The notes beneath the pieces were generated by a model. That model did no database searches and had not been told where the DNA came from. It was given only the letters and a program-made list of their open reading frames with translations. The translations under genes and the position numbers were made by a program. From Raillietiella orientalis (taxonomy: Eukaryota), in NCBI GenBank assembly GCA_036172245.1, contig JAYWIR010000011.1, forward strand, positions 930,001 through 994,000: a DNA stretch of 64,000 bases, written 5' to 3'. This document shows, in pieces, positions 1 to 12,318 of the stretch; the stretch's first letter is position 1; each line of letters begins with the position of its first letter.

Positions 1-16
1 TGTACAGGAATAAAGA

Positions 17-470
17 GAATCCTGTACCAATTTCTGTTTTGGTTCCAGCCCGGGTACTTGCGCTGGTGTTTGCCGGCACAGGACAAAGGACTGGACGAAA
101 AACCGTCCATGCGGGTGTTGAAACTCCGAAGAAGCGGAGTGACGGTGAACGCCACCTTCACGGCTACAAGACAGATGCACAACGCTGCTCTTGGTCAGTT
201 CACTCTCGTTTGGGTTGTGCTTTTATTTGATTCTGTGTGGTAGAGAACACGCAAAGATGGTCGATCACGATGACAAGAGGGAAGTAGCGTTTGCATTTCT
301 TACGGCATTTATGAAACGTCGTTTCAGTGAAGCGTGCGGTGCAGGAGCGAAAGCACAGCATCCCAGGTCGTCCTATCGTCGTGTTCATCAAGGATGTCTT
401 TGCTGGCTGCAGAATCAGTTTGGTCGTTCTCAGCCAGTCTGCGCAACCTGTGGCTGAAAACACGAAGGAG
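17..470 (+). pseudogene. Possible degraded VAMP7-like (longin R-SNARE) fragment
   Basis: DDKREVAFAFLTAFMKRRFSEACG resembles the longin RxxAFxFLxxIKxRFxxxYG segment. Nearby frames give RILY / RVLALVFAG (N-terminus-like) and SLRNLWLK (SNARE C-terminus-like). Frameshifted and internally deleted. Confidence 0.4.
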
Positions 471-1099
471 CACGTCTCGAAATCCGCACTATAGGGAAGA
501 TGCACTGCGAATCACTTGGTGCATGTGCTTGAAGAACATCCACTCTATCCAGTGATCTGCTTGTTTGCTCTGCAGTCCCCACGCACCCCAAGGTAGGTCT
601 AGAACGACTCCCGAAAGCACGCTTGGTTTCATAGTGACTTTTGCTGATCAGAGAGCCAAGGAAGAATTTTCTATCGAATCTCTAGAGATAGTATTTGCCT
701 TTGAACCTTTTAAAATCGGAAACGAGATCCGCAGTGCTAGGGATTCCACCAAATAGGAGCACGTTGTTCCTCCCGTACTGATTCTGTTATTCCCACGTCC
801 TGGAATAAAATTTTCTGATTACTTAATAAAACTAAGAATTACCTCGCTTTTCCTCGGAAGAGCTTTGCAGATGCCGGCGTTTATATGATCAAAGGAGAAT
901 GTGCCTTCCCGCAGAATTCCGGAAGAACAAGAAATTTCACACCTTTATTGGCTTCTGCTACCATTTGCTTTCCATTCATTTTCTTTAACACGGGGAGAAG
1001 CAGTCACTGAGAATGAAATTCGTACTGGGGGCCTCACGTTTCCAAGCTACGGAGGAGAACCCGCTAAATTTTCGACCACTTTCCGTTTGCGACCATCGC

Positions 1100-1700
1100 A
1101 AGGTATGTCGTCTCCAGATCAACCCATACCAGGCAGCAAAAAAAATTTTCAGACTCGGATTTTTCTGATGACCACCCTCTCTTCGCTGTTTTTGGTATAG
1201 CGGTATATCGATGAACAGAATTCCTGGAAAGAGAATGGATTCACTGAGAACGATGTCGCGAAATAGAGTTCGAATGGTCTCTAAGTGAAATTTGGAATTC
1301 GGTGATCGCATCTAACCGAGGATTTACTCTTGGTAGTTGAGCAAGAAGATTCTCGCACGTGAACCACTTAGTGGAAGAACGCAGGACTTGTCTTCGAGCT
1401 ACGGATGAGGGGAAAAACACCCACCAGACGTTTCCAGTTCTTCAGCAACACAGTGACTGAAAGATTTCGTACTTGCGTGAATGCAGGTAATGGCTGGCGT
1501 TTCTTTGCCAGGTAATTTAGGTGCCTTTCTTTCCATTTCAGGAACCCATTTCAGCGAAGGAACAAACAGCCCTTCGAGGGCAACAGGACGTGGATGTCCT
1601 CCCTTGAAGCTGCTTAATGGTTGCTTTGGAAATTTCGTGGCAGCAGATTGGAGTCTACCCGTCCACTCAATAAATGCCTTCCGCTTGGAGCTTCCGTAAA
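1100..1700 (-). pseudogene. Possible decayed NACHT-NTPase fragment
   Basis: PVALEGLFVPSLKW (pre-NACHT-like), VLLKNW in another frame, and ILFPGILFID (Walker B-like). No intact Walker A. Confidence 0.25.
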
Positions 1701-2915
1701 CTGGAAGATAATCCCGCAGGATACAAAGTCGAACGTAAACGCAAGACTTCAATTCGCTCGCACCATTTCGAGCAGCAGTATCCTTGCAGGTTCTTCGCTT
1801 TTTAAGGAGCGGACCGTTTTCTTCCACCCTTTCCGGAGACATAAAGACACAGACCTTCCTGGGAAACCTTTGGAGCAGAAGCATATGTGCAAGAACATAC
1901 TGGTATGCACGAGGAGCATTTCAAATGCAAGGGTCGATCGAATTATGAAGAAAGAACAAACGAGAGAAACAAAAATGGATTGGCGGTTCCAAACACATCC
2001 ATCCCCGTATCATTTTTATACATAGTCATCATTTGTTTCCAAGCACTTTTGATACTCTGTAAGGAGCTTTTTGAAACCCTCTGCATGAAATTCCTCCGCC
2101 TGGGAGTTCGACCATTCAGCAGGACTGCAGTTTTCAACCCCTCACTTCTTCCCTCGAATCGTTGAGCCACTTCTAGAGGTGCGGGAAGACGTGGCAGTCC
2201 ATGGACGAGAGGTCAGGACTGCAAGGTCGGTAATCAAAAAGTTCCCATTTGAATTTCTGAATTGTCTGGAATGTGTGGACAGCATTGCTTAAGAGGCAGC
2301 ACCGATTTCAGTCGGCTTGACCAACATGGTCATGTGCTTTACTCAGCCGACCTTGTTCCCGTAAGGGTGCTCCAAGGATATCCTCAACAACAGCAACAAC
2401 GCTTACTATGCATCTTCGGGAACTGCGAGGCAGAACCACCGATGCTGTTTGCAGCACCTGGGCGGACGTGTCTCAACTCACGAAAACGTGGACTTCGACT
2501 GAAGCCACGAATCCACGGAGGAGGCAATGTCAGGATGGTGCCTTATCACGGCTCCATGTTCAACAGAAAATTTAGGATTCAGGAACAGCCTATTCGTCCT
2601 GTTTGTGCAATGCAGCTCAATCAACAGTCTGCCTTTTGCATCTGAAGACGCTGAGGTTGTTTATTAACAGCAGCAATAAACTAACAAAGGTGGTGGGACT
2701 CCGCGTTCCACCTGGTCGGAATAACCGAAGGGCTGATGTCGAAATGCCAGCCGGTCATCGAGGCCCTCATCGTGGAAGGTCGGAAGGGAAAGAACAAACA
2801 TTAAAATGGACGAACAAGTTCACAGGCGAGGGCAGGGTGGGTAAGGGGATCACAGGCAGCTCTCTGGTGGGTGTTTGCGCTCTGCGAAGGATGCCGGAAA
2901 AATTCCCTTTTCTTC

Positions 2916-2946
2916 TTCCCAGGGCGAGGCTATCTCATCGCAATCC
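2916..2946 (+). ncRNA. U1 snRNA-like fragment (stem-loop II region)
   Basis: TTCCCAGGGCGAGGCT-ATCTCATCGCAATCC versus remembered vertebrate U1 TTCCCAGGGCGAGGCTTATCCATTGCACTCC: 16 nt exact plus partial extension. No U1 5' end or Sm site. Confidence 0.35.
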
Positions 2947-3959
2947 TCAGGAGGAACGTCAGCATAGTGATGATGTCCCCGTTGTCGTAACCCGTTCGAG
3001 TATAGCTTCGCGAGACCGCCCCGCGGAAGCAGCAGACAGCTGCGGGCGATCGCAGCTATCTGCTGCCTCCGCAGCAAGAACGAGCTCCGCGGAAAGAGGC
3101 GCTCCAGAATGTCCGGGTTTGTTGCTTCCGGAGCTGGAGGGCCGTCGCAATGCAAAAACGTTTTCAAGAGCATCGGAGGGCAGCAGCACACTCCGCTAAG
3201 CTGGTTCCAGGGCAAGGAAGGGTTCGATTTCTCCGCACCTGGAACAGTTCGGGACCACGCTCTTTCTGGTCCAGTGCTGCCGAAGACACCTGGAAGAAGA
3301 TTCTGCGGCGCTGCTTCGTTAGGGACGGACCTTCGCCTCCTTCTTCGATAGTCCAGTCCTGTGTTGCGGCAGGAGGATCATGAAGTCCCAGGATAACTGA
3401 GGAGGCGTGCCAGCAAAGAAGGAAGACCACTCGCCTCATAGCCTCAGTAATGAGGAGCAGCCAAGTGGCCTTGGAAGAATGCCAGACTGAAGGAGGACGC
3501 CACCTGCATCGCCCGCAGGTTACATAGGATGTGGCGGGTGTGGCCAGTGACCCTTTTTCCTTCCCACTTTTATTCATTCGTTTCTTGTCCCTCCCTCACA
3601 CCTTCCCTGCTCTTCTGTGGAGCCGGCCTGAGAGTCGGCAATTATCCTTTTATTTTTTCCACTCTCCTCCTCCTGGAGTTTTCACTTCGGTGCATCCACC
3701 AATCCACATGTTCTGTTTGTTTGTTTGTTTGTTTTTTGTTAGGACAAGGAACGCCCCGGATTAACCGGGCGACCGACGGTGTCAGCGAGCGCCGCATGAG
3801 AGTGTCCGATGCAAACATCAGCATCGCCGAATGCCACCACTTCAGGGAAACTGCAAAGCGTTCCTTGAACACCGCGATCACGAGGGAATTTTAAAAAGCA
3901 CCTCCCAGCCAGGTATTCGTCTAGGGTAGGTATTAGGGGTCGCGACTCGTGCAGGCTGT

Positions 3960-4260
3960 CGCGCCGACCAGCCATCAAGGAGTTTCCTTGATTCCCATAT
4001 TTGCAGGAATCACATCCCACCTTGCTACCGATGCAAGGGGCATCCCTAAGTAAGGGGCGCCGATCGTACGTGCAGGAGGTGTGGGGTGCAACAGGAATGA
4101 ATAAACCGCATTCTCAACCATAGTACCGGCTACTGGAACATGACCACCGAAATGCAAGATGAACCGAGTCAAGGGGGCCATCCAGGAAAATCGGGAGCAG
4201 GCGGCCTTGAGTCGAACTAGCAGAATCCAGAAGGTGGTACTGGATCCACAGCCGCAAAGG
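3960..4260 (-). mobile_element. Decayed non-LTR reverse transcriptase C-terminal fragment
   Basis: ILHFGGHVPVAGT...GAPYLGMPL resembles the RT domain 6-7 segment (LHxxG..PVG...YLGxP) of NeSL/Utopia-type elements. Confidence 0.4.
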
Positions 4261-4459
4261 TGATCACACTGTGCATCGCCTTCCCTTCTAAGTCTCCAGT
4301 CGGGGCTCCAGAAGTGCCCTTGCTTCCTTTCGCCGCTAAAGGGAAGCCTGGATCGGCAAGAGCAGGGGTGCTTCGGAAATATCATCCCCATTGCATTCGT
4401 CCGTGTGATGTCATGCAGACTCTGCCCTACGGAGAGGGATGCAGCATTTTCGTGCGCGC

Positions 4460-4945
4460 CCACGATCGTCCAGGAGGCTGTGCTTGCGATGATGCGGCGT
4501 ATGCGCTTCGACGATCAGCTGGGAAATTTGGATTTCGACCTCGGTCGGCTCCAGGATGGGTCCCCAAGAGGCTGGCACCCGGCCGAACGCTACTCTTTGG
4601 GGACGAGGGAATGGGCGTTCCTACGAGTGGAACGCTCCCGTGCACAGGATTGTTGAACGGATGCAGCGGGAGACGGAAGAGCAGGCGAATCCTGGAACCC
4701 CATTTGATTCGAACGCCGTTCTTGATGTTCAGATCCCGGTGCGCGAAAATCCACGGGGGTTGGCTGGAAGGGTTCACTCGCCTCCGGGTGATCCCGTGAA
4801 CCGGGCCGCATGCTCCTGGAAGACGCGAAACGTCTCTCCTTGCTGCGGCTGCGAAACGTCCGTGCGATCCAGGAGTGGGGCGCGAAGAGTGCCGCGTGTC
4901 CTTCCTCGGAGCATCTCCAGAGGATCCTCCGAACGAGGATCTCCC
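4460..4945 (+). mobile_element. Decayed RLE-type non-LTR retrotransposon C-terminal fragment
   Basis: EWAFLRVER, HRIVERM and VLDVQIPVRENP (DVxxPFEN-like) occur in the expected order across frameshifts. Confidence 0.5.
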
Positions 4946-5749
4946 ATAAGGTGATACTCGGGAGCGATTTTAATTTTTCCGGGAGCTATTCCTTCCAGGT
5001 AGCTCATCAGGGAGCTGTGGGACCATGGAACCTCAGGATCCAGTTGCATAAAAAGATTTCTAGAACGTGCGCTGCCTGCAGAATAAGAATAAAAGAGAAG
5101 AGGCAAGAAGGAGGAGAAGGGAAAAATAAAATAAAGCGATAGGGACCAGCATCCCAAATGAATGAAGGCTAAGTAAGATGAGGAATTAGGAGGAAGACTT
5201 CAGATGCTCTCTCTTTCAGCTGGAAGATGGGGAATACTTCGAGCAAACTAACGGCGAAAGGGAACTTTGTCGAATTGCCTCCGACGACTCGTGGATGCAG
5301 CGCCGCATCCAGGAGCAAGGCAATCGGGCAATTAGCTGAGGAGCGCACGGTAAGCTCTAGCAGACCCCCGAACGAATGAACGGAGTAGACCTGGGCTGCG
5401 TTTCCTCTTTTCGATTAGTGTCCATGATGCACCCCATCAGACATCGCATTAATTCAATTCACACCCTGTATAAAAGAGGAGGGACAGATGAAAGAGGTCG
5501 AAGTCCCTCCTGAAAGGCTCACGAGGGCCCTTGGAGGAGGCAAAAGCATCAGACGGAACTCCTTGCTCCCTGAGAGGTGCAAAGCGCAATTTTCCTGGAC
5601 ACCCTTTATCGATTTCCTTTGCCAGCCTCCAGCGAGCTACCCATGTTCCACTGGAGTCGGAAGAGAAATTTCATCTCTTCTGGAAGACGAAAGCCGCTTT
5701 CTTCATTCCAGAAGGAATCTTGTAAAGAAAGATGCATGTGAGAGAAGTC

Positions 5750-6650
5750 TTGCGCTAAAATCGGGCGACGTCGCCGCCCCATCTTCTGCATTCCGTAGCA
5801 GCCACTCGCGCCGTCGTGAGATTCAAAAGGCCATCTTCTCTCTGAATGCCAGTTCTTGAAAGCTTTTGGGGCCAAGAGCCCCTAAAGCTTCGACCGCAAC
5901 CAGACTGAGGCTGCATCCCGGAGACGCTGCAGCACCTCAACTGGCCAGAAGCCTCAGGTGGGGAAAAACCGCGGCCAGGTTCCCCAGTCCTGCCTCCTAC
6001 CGGAGAGCAGGCATTCCCATAGGGAAGCTGCAAGCAAAATGGAACTTTCGGAAAACAAATATGCCCGTGGGAAAAATGAAGGGAGGAAATCAAGGCGAGG
6101 TCATCAGCACACCTCTGGGGTCCCAGAAGCGGGAGACACCCAGAATGAGGCGTTCTCACCCTGGGACGCTTTCGAGGGCGGAAGATACCAGTGTTTCCCT
6201 TCATGGCGCAGGTCAAGCTCCTCTCTAAGGAGACCACGAGAGTCTGCTTATATCTGCAAGCGGCTCTGCAGACACTTGCCTTCAATTCCTGTCTGTTACC
6301 GGTGTCATAGGTATTCCTCATTATTTCCGGGGGGATTCCGTAAGTTCCATGGGCAAGCAGTTCGGATAAATGAGGATGCTAGGAAAAGGGTCCCCTTTGC
6401 AGCTCTCGAATTTTTCGAATACTCGAGAATTTTTTTGCGAAGACGAATGCTGGAATCATTCTTGCCATTTCATCCTTATTGAGCTCCTTCAGGCCAGTGG
6501 TGTTCGGCTCTTGATGAGATACCTTTTTTACCTCATGTTGAGGAAAGGCGAACGGGTTGAGGTCGTCAGGAAATTTCATTTGAAGACCGCGTTCTTGCAG
6601 CAGTCCCCTCTTCTCCAGCAAATTCTTGGCGAAATCAATTCGGATCGACG
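5750..6650 (-). pseudogene. Possible decayed NACHT/winged-helix fragment
   Basis: Across frames: KFLTTSTR (TSR-like), GLKELNKDEMARMI, ACPWNLRNPP and KSFQELAF (HKSFQE-like), in NACHT order. Confidence 0.3.
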
Positions 6651-6857
6651 ATTTTTTTGGTAAGCAGCGAGATGCTCACTCAGTTCCACATGAAATCCAG
6701 TTTAGAAGGAAGAAATCTTTCCAAAAACCTCAGTTTGAAATGGCTTTATCTATATCCCGTTCGCTGTGCCAATCTCATCATGACCTGTGGCTGCTCGGTT
6801 CGTATCAAGCGTCTTTCCGGATGCCACCAAAGTTTTGGTTGCGTTCATTGGTCAGAC

Positions 6858-7045
6858 AGGTCATCGGCTCATCTACGTGCTGTTGGGTGATCATCTTCTC
6901 GCTGGTCCATCTTTGGGTCCTCGGCTCATCAACGTGTGGTTGGCTCATATTCAGGCCTTCGCCTCATCTCCCGGTTGTTGGCTGAGCATCGTGTTCTTGG
7001 CTCATCTTCTCGTCTTCGGCTCGTGTCCAAGTCGATGGCTCGCAT
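6858..7045. repeat. Degenerate minisatellite
   Basis: Recurring TCGGCTCATC / TTGGCTCAT / CATCTTCTCG words at roughly 20-60 nt spacing. Confidence 0.6.
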
Positions 7046-9593
7046 GCGGTGCTCCTGAAACGCTCCCCCCCCACATTCCCACTTTTGCGACGGATGTTCT
7101 ATGACTTGACCTCATCGGATTCTCGTGTTCCTCGTCTTCTTAGATCGTTGCCGTCTTCCCATGCGGGTGTGGTCGTTCTCTGGTTCTTAGGAAAAGGGTG
7201 CGGGTCATTCGGTAGCCAGGGAACGCCCGTCCCTGCGGCCCGGACAGGCCCACGCGAGCGGGGTAAGCCTGTCCCCACGGAAATGAACATTCAACAGCCA
7301 AAGGACGTCCATCCCCGACATCGCAAAAAGAAAAAAATATATATTTTTTTTCGTCCACGCGTCTTTCCGAATGCCACGAAAGTTCCTATCGAATTCATTG
7401 ATGGTTGTATCCTCGCTCATCTGGAAATGGAAGGATATCTTCCCTTCTTGTCACACAGGGAACTACGGTGCATGCCACAGGTTCCTTTGCTGCATTCTCA
7501 GAGTTCTTTGCGATTCACTTCCTGCTTGCTCAAGCTTCAAGCTTAGGAGCGCGTGAAGGATGTTGCTTACGAGCTAGGTTTCCTCTAGTGACCTTTTTTT
7601 TCCTCTCTTCCTTTAAAGAGATTTTAACTTCCAGAATAGATTGTTGTTGATGCTGAAAGATCTGTGCTCAGTGAATCGTCGCACATTGGTGCAGTTCATG
7701 CTGCGATCGATTGTATTGTACACATCTGACTCAGTCAACACTTGAAAGCGATTTACACTGAAGTCAGGAGAGGTTTCTCTACCTCTCTTAGCTTCATTGT
7801 GGCTATATCTCTGATCCAAGAGAACTGAAAGGCAGCCATCTTGTTTCCGCGCATTCTGGTGTCGCTCACTTACCGAGCAGAAGCCGAACATTGTCATTGG
7901 CGATGAGCTTCTTTGGTGCTCTTGATTTTCTTCCAGATGGACAATCCGTCAAAATTCGTGGATTCTCCGGTTTCCAAAATTGTTCTTCTCTACCGCACAG
8001 TATTTTGGGAACGACCGTGGGGATTCCTTCGATTCACTATTGCGATCCATGCGCCAGGGTTTGCCGGGTGCATTCTAAATGAGCGTCCTCTGGTTGTGAG
8101 GACCTGCCACAGCATCCATGGAAAACTCCAACCACTGCAATCCTCATCTGCCTACTTAAGCAGCAGTCGGAAACCACTTTCTGGAAGATCTCTTTCTCGG
8201 AGACTCTTCGTCGCACAGGGCAATCAGATGAAAGAAGCATCACGGGGAATATGGAACCTCTTGCGCGCAGAGCACACCCTTTGCCCGCGTGTCATCCAAA
8301 ACGATTGTCTCCAGCGAATCTGTTCCGCAACTTTTATCTACTCCGTGATTTGCTCACTCGTCTGTCTCTGTAGCTGCCTTCAAAAGCTCAGAAGATGGAA
8401 AACTCCATTGAATTCTTTAATCCTGCTTCTTCCCCTGTTTTTCTTCCATTTTATGGACTGCGAATTTAAGGGTGGCCTTTGTCTTTTGCTGAAGTTACAA
8501 ATGTATCTGATCCAGATGCTGAGAAAAGAGGGCTCCGGGTTCCTGGAGAGTACAGATAAAGGGGCAATCACCAAAATTTGAAGGCCTAATACCTCCTCGA
8601 AACGAACAAGATACCATCGCAAATTTGCATTACTTTGTGGCAGGAAGACGAAAAGGGATGGATGGCATTAGGGGGAAATAAATGTTCTTGACGAAGTCCT
8701 CTGGATAGCTTGATTGTCTAGGAGAGTGGGCAATGGATGAGGGTCTCATGATGGAGCAAAAGGAAAGAATTAGCAATTCGAGAACATTAGTCTGGTTCTC
8801 TTGAAGTGGCTGCCGTGCAATGGCTGTTGCCCAGAACCAAAATCAGAAGTGAAATCGATAATTTATCCCAATTCACCATGGTAAGATATAATAATTACAA
8901 GGTTTTCGTTTTTGGGTTGAATCCGCGCAAGACTGATGATTATCAAGATCATTTTACAACGATCAGGGTCGAACGTACTCGCCATTTTTCGTGTTCGTGC
9001 TGGAAGATCATAGCTCTATTTCAGGGGAGATGGCAGGAGACGAACGTATCTATGCATCTGTGTGTGTCTCAAATCAGTGGGGAAAAAAGTCTTCTCAAAC
9101 TCTCTGTTTCATCAGGATCTCGATATTGCTCCTGCGACGCGCTGTTTAGAACTCACCACGTAGTTTTCCAGGTGTTCTTCTCTACCAGAATTCCAGGCCC
9201 TCATGGCTCTCAAAACTCAAGAGAAAAGGCGAGGAGACGAAACTGCTCCTGCGGCGAGGCGCCCGCAATCAGCGGCGAGGAAGTGCAAAGCAGAGCTCCG
9301 TTTCCAATTCCAGAACTGGCCGCAGCAGCAGTTTCTGTTCGAGCTCCTGATTACCGATCCCCGAACCAATCCGGATCTTCCGACGGCTGTTTCCAACGGT
9401 GATTTTCTGAAAAAGCAAGCGCCTCTAAGGATGCAAGGAAAGCAGTAAGCATTTTCGGTGACGATCTCAAGATGTAAATCGTGGCACCTCAGCTCAGACA
9501 AGCGTACGACTCACGAAGCTGCCGCATGAGATGAGTTTCCAGATAAAGCAACAACCGCTTACAGATACGAAATTTCTCATCCGGTCATGCAGG

Positions 9594-10658
9594 GACGCTC
9601 ATCCAAGAGAAGTACACAAACAGCTAGGGAACGGCGTTCCCTAGCTGCTTATTACACGAGAAAAAGACGGATTCCAAGGACAGGGCCCGCCGACATGTAG
9701 GTCGGCGGCTCCCAGAGTCCGGAACGCGTGGGAGGGGACAGAAAAACAATCAAGGGCAAGGTGGGAACAGGGCTCAGCCGTTCCTTCCTTGAAGAACCGG
9801 CGCAGGACGACGGTCATCGCCGCCTCGACTCCTTGTTTCCGGTAAGGCAACCGTCCTCATCACGAATGCGGCTGCCGTAGCGGCTCGAGCACGTGGAGGG
9901 CGCCCGGCGATAGTGCGCGTACAGCATCCCGTCGCGGTCACGGCGCCTGCGCAAACGATCGGCCCGCGGCCAGTTCTTGCGCACCGTTCGCGGAGAGCTG
10001 CTCAGTGCAAATGGGAACGATTCCATCGTCCCGCAACCCCGGGAACAAATCGGCGATGCCAGTCGTGCGGAAACGAGTAGCCAAAGCTGATTGTACGGGA
10101 ACAGCAGCGCGCCCCGTTTGGACGCCGAAGCGTCCAAAGAAGGGCCCACTCTTTCCTCGGGAACGACGCCGAAAACGTTTCCCTCCCACCGAGGAGGAAG
10201 CCCCCCGGCCGGACGATGGGTCGCTTGCCAGCCCGTGCGCCTTGCGGCCGGCGAGGAGTTTGGTGTCTCCTGCATGGGTGCGCGAGATTCTCCCACCGTC
10301 CGCCGGTGGGCCGGTGCTACTGTCGTCATTGACCCTTCGCGAAGGCAGCGCCGCGGTCAGGGTTGCGGCGGCCAGGTGCAACCACCTCGCCTTGTCCTGT
10401 AGGGCATCTCCGACCGGGTTGCGTTCACAGAAGACGGGGTGTGGCAAGGGGAGTCGGCGGTTGACAAGGCAGCGGCGACGGCTGCGCTCGGTGGCGCCGC
10501 TTTCGGCGCGGCGGCGCCGAAGAAATTCGCCTCACGCGCGGCACGAGCGTGTCGGACGTGGGTGGACGTCGTCGTCCGTGAGGACTCTTTGCCTGTTCGA
10601 CGGGAAGGACCGCAGTTTGGCCGCCTCGGGGTTGCTTGGAGAGGCGCGGGTGCAGGCG
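9594..10658. repeat. 1.07-kb duplicated segment, copy 1
   Basis: Matches 16352-17416 (offset 6758). Only three substitutions seen (9671, 9674, 9707); the ORF-track translations are identical. Confidence 0.97.
9800..10060 (-). mobile_element. Possible decayed N-terminal zinc-finger region of a Utopia/NeSL-like element (also at 16558-16818)
   Basis: DLFPG..ICTEQ followed by KNW..A..LRR...DG...HYR...TC...GSRIRD..CL resembles an LFP-C..C-W-SLxRH-H..C..C..H.C pattern with the His/Cys residues mutated. Confidence 0.3.
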
Positions 10659-12267
10659 AGGCTTCACGCACCGGCGGTGGCGCCGGCCGGATGTGCGGCA
10701 TCAGAAGGACACGTCGTCGTCGATCGAGGCGCCAGGCAGCAGCAAAGTGACGCCGACCGAAATGCACGAGCAGCTGCCTTGACCCGGACGAAGAGGGTCA
10801 CGCAGACACATCGGCATTTGGTGTCCTCCGGCCATCCTACTGGGGGTAGCCGAATCGGAATCTGCAACTCGGGAACGTAGGGAAGGTAAGCGCACCGGTC
10901 GTCACTTGTCCTCGGATTGGTTCACCTGCGGCGATGCAAGAGGTTGGAGTTTTGCCTTCTGGAGCCGTTGCTGAAGGAGGACGAGCACTCGACTCGTCCT
11001 GCAAAGGAGCGGACTCCCGCATGGGTGAGGACTTTTGTCGCTTTTTGCCTGGGACCACTTCGTCTTGCTCTGCAGTACGCAGCTCGAGGAGTTCGGGAGA
11101 CCCGTGATGGCGAACGGCACGTCTTTCAAGGATACGCCTGCATCTACGGTGTCCTCGAGGAATGGCTGTTCTCAGAATGCACCACTGCGCTTTATCGCAG
11201 CCATGCGAGTGCAACGCTGGGTAAAGCACGTGTTCAGATGATGAAAAAAAAATCCCGAGAAGGAATTCTAAAAAGAAAAATTGGCGAGACGCTTGGATTC
11301 GCTCCATGGTTTACTCTGCGTTTAGCTTTTGATGATTCCACTGAAAGGAGCTCGCGTGGATTATTGGGCACAGAACTACAGCTCACCATGAACGAAATGG
11401 GAATCCGAATCCCCATAGAATCCTGAAGGGCTCTTACGTTGAAATCGGCGAAAGATTAATTTTAGATCCGTATTGGTGATTTATAGCATGCGAACGGCTA
11501 ACGTATGCCGAACTGAAAGAGTCCCTCTAGGGGCTGTACTTTCCTGAAATTTGAACTATCCGGGAATAGCAACGGTGGCTGTGAATGCGCTGATCCTTTC
11601 ACTTTTGATGTCTTCGAAGCACAGCCATGACTGCAAAACAGCGATACGGTTATGGGAGTTATGAAGACTTCAAAGGGAGCTGTCGATGGCCGACGCGATC
11701 TTCCAAAATCAATGCAATTCAACACGGACAACGATGGAAGCGACCTGCGCACGCAGAGACCAACACCTTCAGTGTGTGATTAAGATAGAATGATAATAAT
11801 AAGGACATCCCCGAAGCCCGGATTTCATTTTAAAGGATGCAGCCCCGCGGAAAACGAACATTCACACCGAGCGCCAAGGGCTGTTAACCTTCGGGATTAA
11901 CAGCAGGCACAGAGGAAACATTCAGCACGTGATCAAACGACGGACTCCCGGCCTTTTCGACTGCATCAGTGACTTCAGAGATTTGTAACTGAGAGCCTGG
12001 AGTCCCAGGATATGCGTCTCCCACTTGCTACTAACTCGAAGTTTAGGGGAGGAAATTCTGGATGCCACTGATCGTGGAGAATCCGCAAACGAGGTGGTCA
12101 CAAGCGGTTTCTATTGACTTCCTATAAATCCGTGATTCCTTCCTGGTGACCACGAAAGATAGTGAAAAGTTCCTAGAAACCAGTTGCGAGATTTTTTTTT
12201 TAGAGGGAGGGGGGATCACAGCCGAGCTGAAAAACTTTTGAAGCAATCGGAAGATTATTAATTTTTG

Positions 12268-12318
12268 AAAACGGCGTTAATCCAATTCAAAAATGTTTAA
12301 TCGGATTAACGCAGTTTT
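12268..12318. repeat. Imperfect 20-bp inverted repeat
   Basis: AAAACGGCGTTAATCCAATT ... AATCGGATTAACGCAGTTTT, 18/20 match, 11-nt spacer, AT-rich flanks. Confidence 0.8.

Noticed and set aside
6085..6115. CADDLALI as an RT active site
   Set aside because: Flanking RT motifs are absent; the surrounding frames fit a NACHT relic at least as well.
8806..9100. FSCSC...MH SWIM-finger-like pattern
   Set aside because: The third Cys is missing and there is no other transposase motif.
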